DNA of 33,152 bases, from contig JBOIEG010000118.1 of NCBI GenBank assembly GCA_050740915.1, positions 1-33,152 of the forward strand, written 5' to 3'. Both the position numbers and the translations under genes were made by a program. The notes under the pieces are model-generated. The model saw nothing but the letters and a program-made list of their open reading frames with translations. It was not told where the DNA came from and ran no database searches. Position 1 is the first letter of the stretch. Each line of letters starts with the position of its first letter. Source of the DNA: Gammaproteobacteria bacterium (GTDB lineage Bacteria; Pseudomonadota; Gammaproteobacteria; JBOHHR01). This document shows, one piece after another, positions 14,877-22,778 of this stretch.

Positions 14877-15629
14877 ATGATTTTTTCCATAGCATCACAG
14901 AAAGGCGGCGTTGGTAAGACCTCATCAAGCATTTCCCTCTCAGCTGGTATAGCTCGCAAAGGCAAAAAAGTACTCCTCATTGATATTGATTCGCAAGCAA
15001 ACAGCAGCAAAGTATTACTGCCAAACTACCAACAACTGCAAAAACAGCAGACAATCTTTACAACAATTCTCGACCGAAAGGCACTTCAAATCCATAAAAC
15101 ACAACTTCCAAATCTCGATATCGTTCCGTCCCATATTCTCCTTTCTAATACTGACGTTGAATTAACCACCGCCATTGACCATCGGGAAGAGCGGTTAAGA
15201 CGAGAGCTTGATCTCATCAAGCATAACTACGACTTTGTATTTATCGATTGCCCACCTACCCTTTCGTGGCTCACGATTAATGCTATGACAGCCTCGGATA
15301 AAGTAATTGTTATTGTTTCCCCTGGGTATTTTGAACTTGATTCCATTGTTCAAATCAGCAAAACCATCAAAGAAGTGAAGGGGTATTTTAATCCAAATAT
15401 CGAGCTTTCCGGGTTTCTCTTTACGATGAGCGACCCTACTGTGAACAGTAAGACATCTTTGCAAATCCTCCGACAAACATACACCAGATCTGTCTTTAAC
15501 ACGGTTATTCCACGCAATACTGACCTTAGAGACGCGCACTTTGAGAAAAAGGATATCTTCTCTTTCAATCCCAACGCTGCTGCTGCACAGGCATATGCCA
15601 AATTAATAAATGAGCTCTTTCAATTATGA
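14877..15629 (+). CDS. parA: ParA/Soj-type partition ATPase
   Basis: 250 aa. ASQKGGVGKTSSSISLSAG (deviant Walker A), LIDIDSQANSS, FIDCPP. Confidence 0.85.
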   Translation: MIFSIASQKGGVGKTSSSISLSAGIARKGKKVLLIDIDSQANSSKVLLPNYQQLQKQQTIFTTILDRKALQIHKTQLPNLDIVPSHILLSNTDVELTTAIDHREERLRRELDLIKHNYDFVFIDCPPTLSWLTINAMTASDKVIVIVSPGYFELDSIVQISKTIKEVKGYFNPNIELSGFLFTMSDPTVNSKTSLQILRQTYTRSVFNTVIPRNTDLRDAHFEKKDIFSFNPNAAAAQAYAKLINELFQL

Positions 15630-15997
15630 CAAAAAAGTTAAATATAACGTCTATCGCGAATGAGCTGGAAGGATCCGCATTTTTCCCATCGAAAAAAACT
15701 CCTTCTGTCTCCCCTACTCGCCAACCGGTTAGAGACGAACCAAAACCACCGGAAGTAATTATTCCGACAATAGAGCCTAAACATCAGATACCCGAACGGG
15801 CGAACACCTCAACGGATCAACGCCCATTCGGTAAACGGATTATTACTAGAAATTCGTTTGAAATTTATGAGGATCAAATGGGTTCCCTCAGAACGCTCTC
15901 CTATCAGGAAAAAATGCAAGGAAAGCTTGGTAGTATGAGCGGTATGGTGAGAGAAGCAATCGACAATTATCTTCAGAGTAGAACTCCAGGAAAATAA
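15626..15997 (+). CDS. small centromere-binding partner (RHH-like C-terminus), ParB-analog
   Basis: 123 aa with a 4-nt overlap with parA. The C-terminal GSMSGMVREAIDNYLQS is RHH-like. Its position is typical of type Ib partition adaptors. Confidence 0.5.
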   Translation: MTKKLNITSIANELEGSAFFPSKKTPSVSPTRQPVRDEPKPPEVIIPTIEPKHQIPERANTSTDQRPFGKRIITRNSFEIYEDQMGSLRTLSYQEKMQGKLGSMSGMVREAIDNYLQSRTPGK

Positions 15998-15998
15998 C

Positions 15999-16085
15999 CC
16001 GAACGCTTAAACGGTAGTTCGTCCGTTCTATCGTTCGTCTCAATGCCAGAACTACCGAACGAGCGATGGAACGTCGCATCGAACG
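15999..16085. repeat. CGAACG/CGTTCG hexamer array, candidate centromere (parS/parC-like)
   Basis: Six GAACG cores in 87 bp immediately after the adaptor gene.
- Direct copies: CGAACG at 16000-16005, 16056-16061 and 16080-16085, and GGAACG at 16068-16073.
- Inverted copies: CGTTCT at 16024-16029 and CGTTCG at 16032-16037.
- The last three direct copies are 12 bp apart.
- There is also the inverted repeat GGTAGTTC (16013-16020) / GAACTACC (16049-16056). Confidence 0.45.
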
Positions 16086-16761
16086 GGACTATGCAAGTCT
16101 TTTTTTCTATGCTTATATTGCTGTATATAGAAAAGTATATCAATCGTTTTGCAAAAATATGGTCAAGACAAGCCTATCGAACCACAAAATACTACATAGA
16201 AATATACATCAACTCATCTTTTCTTTTGCCACGAGATACAGCAACCGCCATCTCCCCGCCTAGCGGGGTTTCGTGGGTAATGAATGGACTAGCTGGCCTG
16301 GGAACTTTGACACCGGATACCTCATGCAAACGGATCACCCAGATTTAATCTGGGTGACTAGGGGATTAGGAGCAATCCTTTAACCTGAGTAACCTCACCG
16401 ACACATACGCTGCGGGTCAAGGTACTGAAAACTCAGTGCCTTTTAAAAATCGACGCGCAGCGTCGGTAGGAGAGCCATAGGAAACGGGAGAGAAGAAACA
16501 GGAGAATACGGAAAAAAGGGAGAGCCTCATAGTAGGTTAGCTTTGTTGTGCTTAAAAAAACGGCGAACCTCAAAAAAAAATAAAAGAGACAAACCTACTA
16601 ACTATATTTTCTAATACCTCTGTAGCGCCCTAGAATACACTACAAACCATTCTTTTGCACGAGGACGTATGAATAGTGGATACCAACTTCTACTAATTAG
16701 CATCCTGGTATGATTCACCATAGTCGCATACCTGCATCTCTTCAAACTCTTCAAGTAATAA

Positions 16762-17025
16762 TTAATACCTATGCAACTGCTTATCAGTTGGTTTGTAATT
16801 CCTCAGTGCATTACAGATAATTTGTATGTCTTCTTTCTCAACAAACATCCCGCTATCTTCTTCATAATCATGTTCTCCTTCACCTGATGATATATCATTA
16901 GAAAGTACATGGATTATCTTTGTTTGCACACCTTTCTTTTTCTTAATACTAGCCACTCTATCAATTATCGCAACAACCAAGCTTCTGTCAATAAGTAATC
17001 TTTTGGAGAACCACATTACCACCAA
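16762..17025 (-). CDS. hypothetical small acidic protein
   Basis: 87-aa ORF in an AT-rich stretch with no recognisable motif. The track start is TTG, and an ATG lies 9 nt downstream. Confidence 0.3.
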   Translation of the reverse strand: MVVMWFSKRLLIDRSLVVAIIDRVASIKKKKGVQTKIIHVLSNDISSGEGEHDYEEDSGMFVEKEDIQIICNALRNYKPTDKQLHRY

Positions 17026-17096
17026 TAAATAAATCCCATAGAAATATTGACTATTGACAAAAGAAAAAGGACTTTTCTACTATTATTTTATATAAT

Positions 17097-17774
17097 ATGC
17101 CAAAACCCCTGCCGATCAACAAAGCACTCTATTATCAACACAAAATATATTTCAAACAAACTAAATCAGCTAAAACCGCTAAGGACTCACAGGATGTATG
17201 GCAAGATAAGAGCGGTATCTCCTCCGATCGCATAGCCTCTCGTCAGCCTGCATCGGTTCAACCAGGGCGGCGATCGCCCCACTTGACCAAAACTACTCCT
17301 CGTTCACAAAACATACCCTTTGCCAAAAAGAAAGCCGTACCTATCCAGCTATGGGTAAGCCCCATAGTGAAAGCAGAAGTTCAGCGACAGGCCCAAATAG
17401 ACGGCTTAAGCGTCTCAGCAACCGGCGCCGCCCTTCTTGAAGAAATACTGCGTCAAAAACTCCATGTACAACAAGCTGCCACCCTTGAAACAGTCCTTGA
17501 GAAGATTATCGCTAAAACAAACCGCTCCTTAGCAACTAGATTGACTTGGCTTCTTGTCAGAATCGCCTTTGATACAGGCCAAACACGAGTGATTTGCACC
17601 AACACCTTAGGCATGCAGGAAGGGATGAGTGAAGAATCGCTCAAGGAAATATTGGACACCGCTGACAAACGCACCAAAGCCAATCTCACAAGACGTACCC
17701 CTCAGCTTACTGAACTTGTAGCAGCTGTTGAAAAATGGCTTCTTGAGCCAGAGGAGGGGGGTAAAACGAATTAA
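17097..17774 (+). CDS. putative relaxosome accessory protein
   Basis: 225 aa. The segment WVSPIVKAEVQRQAQIDGLSVSATGAALLEEIL looks RHH-like. Its stop overlaps the relaxase start (TAATG). The start codon is uncertain because the ATG directly abuts a TATAAT at 17091-17096. Confidence 0.45.
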   Translation: MPKPLPINKALYYQHKIYFKQTKSAKTAKDSQDVWQDKSGISSDRIASRQPASVQPGRRSPHLTKTTPRSQNIPFAKKKAVPIQLWVSPIVKAEVQRQAQIDGLSVSATGAALLEEILRQKLHVQQAATLETVLEKIIAKTNRSLATRLTWLLVRIAFDTGQTRVICTNTLGMQEGMSEESLKEILDTADKRTKANLTRRTPQLTELVAAVEKWLLEPEEGGKTN

Positions 17775-18484
17775 TGGCAGTTGTCAAAGCAAACTATGTA
17801 AAACGAGGAAACGGCCTGAAGGGTAGAGCAAAAGCCACGGTCCGCTACATTACCCACAGGAGAGACCGCGACAATCACACAGTCACCCGCGACCTGTTTG
17901 GCTTTGATGGGCCACTTTCCAAACAGCACGCCTACAAAATGATCGATGAGGCTCCCCGCAGCACTATCTTTTATCGTTTCGTGCTAAGCCCAGCCCCCAA
18001 GAGAGAAGATCGCTACAGAGACCTCAGACTTTCAGAGATCACCATCAACACTATGCTTGCCTTGGAAGAGCGCTTAGGCAAACAAGTGCAGTTTGTTGCC
18101 ACGATACACGATAACCACAGTCCCCATCGTCACGTACACACTCTCGTCCTGGTTGAGCGTAAACTCACCAGAGCGGACTTTCAGGCGCTACGCCTTGAGG
18201 CCACAGAGCAAGCCTTATCTCAGCGCCGAGCACTTGATCGCATACGCGAACACCACCTAAGGCTTAGGCGCACCCGCAACAGTAGAGGTGCCCTAAGACA
18301 CCCTCAATCAAGCGCTCCCCGCTACCAGAGCTACACCTGTTTTCTCTGCAATTATCATCAATCCCTGCCACTCTCAAACTTTGGCTATCGCTGCCCCAAC
18401 TGCGGCCTATATCTTCGCCGCTTCAGAGAGAAAGAGTTTTTCTTAACACGAAGAAGGGAGGCAGGACTGGAAGTTAGTCTCTGA
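17774..18484 (+). CDS. compact MOB relaxase-like protein with C-terminal zinc ribbon
   Basis: 236 aa. The histidine cluster ATIHDNHSPHRHVHTLV resembles the HxDxxxPHxH 3-His motif of MOBQ/MOBP relaxases. Candidate catalytic Tyr residues are in KANYVKRG and VRYITHR. The C-terminus has CFLCNY...CPNCG. Confidence 0.6.
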   Translation: MAVVKANYVKRGNGLKGRAKATVRYITHRRDRDNHTVTRDLFGFDGPLSKQHAYKMIDEAPRSTIFYRFVLSPAPKREDRYRDLRLSEITINTMLALEERLGKQVQFVATIHDNHSPHRHVHTLVLVERKLTRADFQALRLEATEQALSQRRALDRIREHHLRLRRTRNSRGALRHPQSSAPRYQSYTCFLCNYHQSLPLSNFGYRCPNCGLYLRRFREKEFFLTRRREAGLEVSL

Positions 18485-18486
18485 GC

Positions 18487-20025
18487 ATGAAACGCTTTCT
18501 TTATATCCTAAGTACAGTTTTAAGTTTTCTTGGCAGCTGCTTTTCGAAGACTCATTCATTACACAATGCCCGCTTTGCCCGCCTTGATGAACTAACAAGT
18601 CTTGTGAGCCATACCCTTGATGAGGGAGGATTGCTTTTGGGAATAAGCTCATTCAACCAAATTCTTCGAGTACGTCTTACCAAGACACGCCCAGAGCTGG
18701 GCAACACACTCATCGTGGCGCCAACCCGCGGTGGCAAGGGACTACTTGCTGTGAGTCAACTTTTAACTTGGCCGCATTCAGTTGTGGTTAATGACATCAA
18801 AGGCGAGCTCTATGACCAGACCGCTGGCTACCGGGCAACTCTTGGCCCAGTCTTTTGTCTTGATCCACGGGGTTTGGGCCATTGCTTCGATCCTCTGCAT
18901 ACCCGCACTGACGAGGATGAGTTATATGCAGCAGCAAAAAACCTGTTGCATGAACCCCATGAGACTGATGGTAAGCCGTTTACCGAGCGGGCTATTAAAA
19001 TGCTCACCCTCATGTGGCTTGCCGCCAGAAAGCAAAACGAGCATTCTTATGAGCAAACCCGCCTGCTGCCATTTACCAGAAATTTAGCTGATCTTGGTTT
19101 AAATCGCGCTGTCCCAATAATCCACGCGATCTCACCCGCCTTAGCTACCCGTATGTTTGATGGGGAATACATACCAGAGCATGACTACAATGAGAATAAA
19201 TATTTGTCTTCATCCTGGGAATCCTTAACAGCCCGTCTCTACCCTCTTCTAACCGAAAAAGTTGCCCGCTGTTTTAATGGCTCGGATTTCACCGGAGCGG
19301 ACATCATCACCTCCACTAAACCTATTACAATTTATTTATGTTGGCCTGAGTCCGCGCTTCTTGCCAAAGCGCCTCTCATTCGGCTGGTGTGGGAATCTTT
19401 GATTGGGCAGATGCTTGATACCTATGACAGAGCCAAAGGGGAGGCCTGCCATCCGGTATTACTCCTTCTTGATGAGGCAGGCACCGTTACTCTTCCCAGT
19501 CTTCCCCAATATGTCGCAACGGTTGCAGGCCGGGGCATTTGCGTGTGGGCTGCCATTCAAGACCTCTCGCAGCTTGAGCTTTATGGCATGCATAAGGCCA
19601 AAACCATCAAAAACAATATGGATACTAAAATCTATTACCGACAAGCATCAAGTGAAACCGCAGAGTACCTCGAGCGCTCTCTAGGCAAACAATCAGGCTT
19701 CGCCCACTCCCAAACACTACACGATGGACAAGAGGAGAGTCAGGGACTTTCAGAGCATGCAGTACCCCTTCTTACGGCCAGAGACATCAATGAGCTTAAT
19801 CATGATGAAATTATCGTTTTTTTCTCCAACCACAAGCCCTTCAGAGCCAAAAGAATGGACTGGCGAGCCTTTCCAATCCTGACACAACGACGCGCAATTC
19901 CCCCTCCCAAACTTGCCACCCTTCCAGAACTTGAGTCAAACCCTTTCTACTTAAGAACAAAAAGCACGTGGAAGGGGAGAGCCATTGACCCAGACGATCT
20001 TAATCCTTATGAGAAGCTAAATTGA
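18487..20025 (+). CDS. type IV coupling protein (VirD4/TraG family)
   Basis: 512 aa. LIVAPTRGGKGLLAVSQLLTWPHSVVVNDIKGELYDQTAGYR matches the VirD4 Walker A region. LLLLDEAGTV is the Walker B. Confidence 0.85.
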   Translation: MKRFLYILSTVLSFLGSCFSKTHSLHNARFARLDELTSLVSHTLDEGGLLLGISSFNQILRVRLTKTRPELGNTLIVAPTRGGKGLLAVSQLLTWPHSVVVNDIKGELYDQTAGYRATLGPVFCLDPRGLGHCFDPLHTRTDEDELYAAAKNLLHEPHETDGKPFTERAIKMLTLMWLAARKQNEHSYEQTRLLPFTRNLADLGLNRAVPIIHAISPALATRMFDGEYIPEHDYNENKYLSSSWESLTARLYPLLTEKVARCFNGSDFTGADIITSTKPITIYLCWPESALLAKAPLIRLVWESLIGQMLDTYDRAKGEACHPVLLLLDEAGTVTLPSLPQYVATVAGRGICVWAAIQDLSQLELYGMHKAKTIKNNMDTKIYYRQASSETAEYLERSLGKQSGFAHSQTLHDGQEESQGLSEHAVPLLTARDINELNHDEIIVFFSNHKPFRAKRMDWRAFPILTQRRAIPPPKLATLPELESNPFYLRTKSTWKGRAIDPDDLNPYEKLN

Positions 20026-20438
20026 TCCACAAACGCCTCTTAGGCGCCCTTAGAATTAGTCGCCATACTAGATTCGGAGCGCCTACTACCACGACTACTT
20101 TTTACTTATCAAAAATCAAGGTGCACGCGAGGCTCTATAAAAGGGGCTAAGGTCGCGTGCTTATTGACAAAATTCGGTCAGCTTGCGGAAGCAGTCAGGC
20201 GGCGTGTCACTCAAAAATCCACGAAAATCAAGGTATTTTTGCGCCTGACTGCTCCCGCCCCGCCTTGCTCTTGAGTATCCTCTTCTTTTATATCCTATTT
20301 TTTGCGGTTTAGATGGGCTGGTGTCGGGGCGGTCGCAGACCTCATTAGCGGTCAAGCAAAAGTAAAATTCCTCCCTTTAACCCTCCTTTCACTTTTGCCT
20401 ATTGTTGTAGTGCTAACGCACAAGACTAAAACAACAGA

Positions 20439-20588
20439 CTGTCTTCTGGGCTTCTCACTGTGACCCTCAAAATTTGCTATGCGTCAAGTATTTTTCGCAG
20501 GGGCGCGAAAAATGCTGCTAGAGACGGCAGCCCATTGACGCGCAAATTCTTGAAGGCTTTTGCCGTGTTTGTATTTGCCAGAAGACAG
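20439..20588. other. 150-nt nested inverted-repeat element (structured RNA or single-strand DNA site)
   Basis: - Outer arms: CTGTCTTCTGG (20439-20449) / CCAGAAGACAG (20578-20588).
- Middle stem: AATTTGC-tat-GCGTCAA (20471-20487) pairs with TTGACGC-GCAAATT (20535-20548).
- Inner hairpins: TTTTTCGC (20491-20498) / GCGAAAAA (20505-20512), and GCTGC...GCAGC (about 20514-20531). Confidence 0.45.
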
Positions 20589-20719
20589 CTTCGTGCCTGA
20601 GCAATTTTTTAAGACAACGGAGCTTAGACAATCGAACTTAGAGCTATTTAGTTTTTAAAACGCCCTCTTTTAAGTTACGATCATTTTTTGATTTCCACTG
20701 CTTGAAGAGGAGACATATT

Positions 20720-20980
20720 ATGATAGACCCTGACCGCCTTGAAACGATTTCAACCGATGCGCTCATCTCGCTTCAGAAGAAACTTAATAAAGAGCTCGAG
20801 CGCCGCTCAGGCGGGGAAATCAAGAAACTGCGCACCCAGATGGGCAAGCTTGCCAAGAGCCTGGGTTATGAGTTGGTAGCGGCGAGCCCCCAAGACCTAG
20901 GCGAAGACGCGGACAAACCCAAGAGACGTGGCAGGAGACGAAAGACTGAGGAGACTGCCGAGGTTGCGGAGGAATCGTAA
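20720..20980 (+). CDS. small AT-hook (RRGRRRK) protein, paralog of 10835-11188
   Basis: ATG at 20720, 7 nt after AGGAG. The track ORF opens at an upstream TTG (20702). MIDPDRLETISTDALISLQKKLNKELERRSGGEIKKLRTQMGKLAKSLGYELVAASPQDLGEDADKPKRRGRRRKTEE aligns along its length with the 117-aa protein. Confidence 0.6.
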   Translation: MIDPDRLETISTDALISLQKKLNKELERRSGGEIKKLRTQMGKLAKSLGYELVAASPQDLGEDADKPKRRGRRRKTEETAEVAEES

Positions 20981-21231
20981 GATCACAGCCGCTTTTGCAA
21001 GATGGGCTTTACAAGCCACTTATACCCGCACGTTGGTTTTTGGGTAAGACCTAAGCCCCAACATTCATTAACCCCAAAACGACGCTCTAAAAACTTCTGA
21101 CGAGCTCGATTGAACCACCATTACTTTGGAATTTATAACATAGGGAATTAAGGAATCACCTGGTTGACACCCCCATAGACTCAGCAGTAGTTTCGGGTTT
21201 CTATAACAAAGAAAGAAGGGAGGGGTGTCCT

Positions 21232-21585
21232 ATGGCGAGTCTAGGACTTGGACCACAGCTCGCGGTCGCTGTGGCTCGTTTTCTACTCCTCTGTGTTGTG
21301 TTGCTGACGCTTCCCACCCTTGCAGCTGCGCAGCCTACGCCACTTGCAGTCCAGCGCGTCTGGACCCAGGATGCAGGCGGCAATAACAAGACTTCCTTTT
21401 CCCCTGGTGAGACCATGCAGTTTGCGGCTCAGCTGAATAACTCATATGGGGCGTATCTGCTAGCGGCTAACGGGACGCAGCTGACCATCGCCACTAGCTT
21501 CGATACTAAACCAGGTGACTGTTGTCCGTTTCGGATGCGGATGGGATGTCTTTCTAATGAAAACGAAATTTGTAGCAGATGTTAA
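21232..21585 (+). CDS. secreted protein, probably 3'-truncated at the island junction
   Basis: It has a signal-peptide-like N-terminus (LLLCVVLLTLPTLAAAQP). The last ~25 residues (CCPFRMRMGCLSNENEICSRC) look like read-through. They coincide with the change from GC-rich to AT-rich DNA. Confidence 0.35.
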   Translation: MASLGLGPQLAVAVARFLLLCVVLLTLPTLAAAQPTPLAVQRVWTQDAGGNNKTSFSPGETMQFAAQLNNSYGAYLLAANGTQLTIATSFDTKPGDCCPFRMRMGCLSNENEICSRC

Positions 21586-21895
21586 CACAGGCACCTAATA
21601 ATCAATATCTTCATCTGGTGAGATGCTTGGTGTGTATTCCAGCGATCGCAATCGTCGGAAATTGTGATCACAATGGCGCGGAATTCACACGTGGGGGTAA
21701 AGAAAGGTAGGGCTGGTACCTTATTGTTTGGCATTAAGAGGTTCCTGTTCTTTTTTGCGGAACTGGGTTGATGGGAGGAGAAAGCCCGGATGAGATGATC
21801 GCAGAGTCCTTGAGGGCATTTGAAAAGAACATCAGCTAGTGCGCTCGAACACTATCTTTCTTGTTTATAGATATAAATTATAGAGGTACAACGTT

Positions 21896-22720
21896 ATGAA
21901 TAAAGAAAGAAATATTGAGTTACTAGGACAAGCGAAAAAGGAGAAACGTATTGATGAAGAGTCATATAAAATTCTTGTAGGCATAGCAGCACACATTGAA
22001 CCGTCAGCGCAAATGGTCAGAGCCCAAACAGTTATTTTAATTCCTGTTATGGTCGACGACTCACCTTCTGTTTGGGAATACAAAAATGACAAGGCAGTAA
22101 GAGAAGGGCACAATAGTGTCATAGAAGCGCTTAAAGGCTCACAAGAACATGCAAGCATTCTTTTCCGAACGCAGTACTTACACGGATATACACACAACAA
22201 CTGGGTGAAGCTTAGAGATGCAAAATCTATTGAAGAAGATGATTATAAGCCGGTAGATGATACGCCTCTTTATGATAGCACCATTGAACTTATAGGCAGC
22301 ACTATAATTAAGATGCAAGAAGCGCGGGATGAAAATAGGACAGTACGTTTCAGTGGATTAATTATCTCCGATGGTGAGCATTATATTAAAGCTGAAGATG
22401 ACCGACCATCAGTAAAAGCTAGGAAAGCAGAACGTGTAAACAAAGTGATTAGAGACCTCTTCGATCGCAGTAATGCCGACTTCCAAAATACGTTAGCATT
22501 TATGGGGATACGCAACAAACGGCTCGAATCATCTGGATTATCATTTCGCAGCGTTGCAAATTCTATGGGAATAGACGATGAGAGGGTAAATAAAAAAGGA
22601 CAGCCTGTCATGCAAATTATTGAAACTTATGCTGATGCTACGTCAATAAGACGGGCATTTGAAATGTTTTCTGAATTCTCACAAACAGGGGAAATAACGA
22701 TATATGGAAGATCAAGATAA
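21896..22720 (+). CDS. von Willebrand factor A (vWA, TerY-like) domain protein
   Basis: 274 aa. MIDAS motif VMVDDSPSV (DxSxS), DDTPLYDS (Thr), LIISDGEH (Asp). AGAGGT lies 8 nt upstream of the ATG. Confidence 0.7.
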   Translation: MNKERNIELLGQAKKEKRIDEESYKILVGIAAHIEPSAQMVRAQTVILIPVMVDDSPSVWEYKNDKAVREGHNSVIEALKGSQEHASILFRTQYLHGYTHNNWVKLRDAKSIEEDDYKPVDDTPLYDSTIELIGSTIIKMQEARDENRTVRFSGLIISDGEHYIKAEDDRPSVKARKAERVNKVIRDLFDRSNADFQNTLAFMGIRNKRLESSGLSFRSVANSMGIDDERVNKKGQPVMQIIETYADATSIRRAFEMFSEFSQTGEITIYGRSR

Positions 22721-22778
22721 CGACAAGAGGGTATATAATAAATACCCGTTCCTTTGTATGTTAGAATAGTAGTAAACG

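Noticed and set aside
12636-16085. Possibility that the short direct repeats (iterons, the CGAACG array) are a CRISPR array.
   Set aside because: The repeat units are only 6-12 bp, the spacers are irregular or very short, and no cas genes are present. No tRNA-like or rRNA-like sequence was seen anywhere in the window either.
16043-16348. 101-aa and 65-aa plus-strand ORFs after the second partition cassette.
   Set aside because: They start inside the CGAACG repeat array, the sequence is AT-rich and low-complexity, and there is no RBS. The region is better explained as non-coding centromere/spacer DNA.
16335-16357. Perfect 10-bp stem / 3-nt loop hairpin, TCACCCAGAT-tta-ATCTGGGTGA.
   Set aside because: The hairpin is real in the sequence, but it is not followed by a T-run and is not next to any gene end. 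A 3-nt loop is tight. I cannot assign it a function such as terminator or binding site. By my estimate its chance expectation is a few tenths per window, so it is only borderline significant.
16530-16600. 9-bp inverted repeat TAGTAGGTT / AACCTACTA, with an A-rich 53-nt spacer, considered as an oriT hairpin.
   Set aside because: By my estimate, roughly ten 9-bp inverted repeats with spacers up to 100 bp are expected by chance. There is no supporting nic consensus beside it.
17045-17059. Identical 15-mer TATTGACTATTGACA at 17045-17059 and 33001-33015, an internal tandem of TATTGAC.
   Set aside because: About 0.5 chance 15-mer matches are expected in this window. The word is essentially two overlapping -35 consensus hexamers, and similar TATTGACA words occur at 14781 and 27414. 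Promoter-like convergence is therefore the simpler explanation.
17270-17277. GCGATCGC (the cyanobacterial HIP1 palindrome), also at about 21653, considered as a taxonomic clue.
   Set aside because: Only two copies occur in 33 kb against about 0.5 expected by chance. This is far below HIP1 densities in cyanobacterial genomes, so no taxonomic claim can be made.
20023-20031. DnaA-box-like TGATCCACA.
   Set aside because: It is a single copy with one mismatch to TTATCCACA, it overlaps the stop codon of the coupling-protein gene, and it is 7 kb from the iterons.
20161-20355. 64-aa minus-strand ORF in the non-coding stretch after the coupling-protein gene.
   Set aside because: It has no RBS, it is Arg/Ser-rich, and it sits in a region better explained by inverted repeats.
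20535-20563. Reading the 3' arm of the nested inverted repeat as an Frpo-like promoter (TTGACG as the -35).
   Set aside because: No acceptable -10 hexamer lies 16-18 nt downstream. The structural observation is kept, but the promoter interpretation is dropped.
21661-21674. 14-bp perfect palindrome ATTGTGATCACAAT.
   Set aside because: About 2 perfect 14-bp palindromes are expected by chance in 33 kb (window length divided by 4^7). It is more than 200 bp from the nearest start codon. The same reasoning applies to AGCGCAATTTGCGCT at 12523-12537 and TGTGGCCACA at 11215-11224.
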